A DNA stretch of 62,271 nucleotides, counting the filler, from Nemertoderma westbladi (Eukaryota; Animalia; Xenacoelomorpha): assembly GCA_032718475.1 (NCBI GenBank). It is 3 parts of 3 records of this genome, joined end to end, with 100 filler letters (N's around TTAATTAATTAA, not from the genome) between each part and the next. Parts side by side here need not be neighbours in the genome. Positions count along the whole stretch, not along the records: positions 46,687 to 62,271 come from JAUCBJ010006697.1; 2 more parts are not named here. One strand, written 5' to 3'. Every line of letters begins with the position of its first letter. Position 1 is the first letter of the stretch. Made by a program: the position numbers and the translations under genes. Below the pieces are notes generated by a model, which saw only the letters and a program-made list of their open reading frames with translations, had not been told where the DNA came from and did not search any database. Shown in pieces: positions 61,659 through 62,271 of the stretch.

Positions 61659-62271
61659 TTAGTCTTTCTTGCGCGGACGGCGTTTACGCAGCTTTTTAAC
61701 GCTAGCAAGAGTCCTTTTCTCTTTGGGGCGAGCCACTTTACGAGGAGGGCTATAACTCCTGGGTGAAGGGTGCAATATGATTGCATCAGAAGGTATGGGA
61801 TTGCGATCGGTATATCCGCCGGTCGAAGTACTGGGTTGATTGACATCAACGTCCGGGGAGAGGGGTCTAACGGCTTTGAGAGCTCGTTTCAAGACAGCCG
61901 CTCTTACGGGTCCTTTACGAGTGGTCTGAACGAGGGCCGTGGGTGGACCATAGGCAGTTAGAAACTTCCTTGGTTTAATGGTTCTTTCCAACTCGCGTTC
62001 GCGGGCTTGGTACTCGTAAGGCCGTCGATATACTTCCTGTAACTCGATATGCGTGATTTCTGTTCGACAGAAGCGAATAGATAAGGATGGAACGCATAAA
62101 TTCCTTCGTAAGCGCGTCCAGGATAATAGCGATGGCGCGAATCACGATGTAAATCAGCGTTCGCTTCCCAAGCTCTAATGTAACGTAGTGTGATCATTTC
62201 ATCTACGCTTTCCAAATCGCGATTAAAAAGGGCAATCGAAACTGGCGTGTCCCTTTAGTTGACAGTGGTGA
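61659..62271 (-). pseudogene. Frameshifted gag-like CCHC zinc-knuckle ORF with basic tail, running off the window
   Basis: Window end reads (C)HHCQLKGHASFDCP = CX2CX4HX4C, first Cys cut by the edge. Removing one T joins it to ORF 61958-62215, which overlaps the K/R-rich ORF 61659-61991. Confidence 0.5.

Overview
Repeat-dense, AT-rich invertebrate (metazoan) genomic DNA in three contigs, joined by two artificial 100-nt gaps (44N-TTAATTAATTAA-44N at 20368-20467 and 46587-46686). Three host genes are recognisable, all on the minus strand: (1) an intronless secreted protein with a fascin-like beta-trefoil followed by an aerolysin-type pore-forming domain (18002-18937); (2) a TP53INP/DOR-family autophagy regulator (39438-40175); (3) a fibrinogen-related domain gene lacking the usual Ca2+ loop and cysteines (54320-54874, plus a 30-bp microexon). 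The rest is mostly mobile DNA: about nine RTE LINE copies, a near-complete CR1-type LINE inside a three-level nest, another LINE, a Penelope GIY-YIG remnant, piggyBac-, hAT- and Helentron-type non-autonomous elements, and 28-, 33-, 34- and 42-bp tandem arrays. The most striking observation is a ~412-bp non-coding mobile repeat. It fuses a tRNA-derived Pol III promoter directly to a minimal hammerhead ribozyme, and occurs in three TSD-flanked, inversion-bearing insertions that share one fixed terminus; one insertion carries ~0.9 kb copied from a sister locus. A second hammerhead-bearing tandem repeat lies beside the Penelope remnant. All calls come from reading the sequence by eye; no searches were run.
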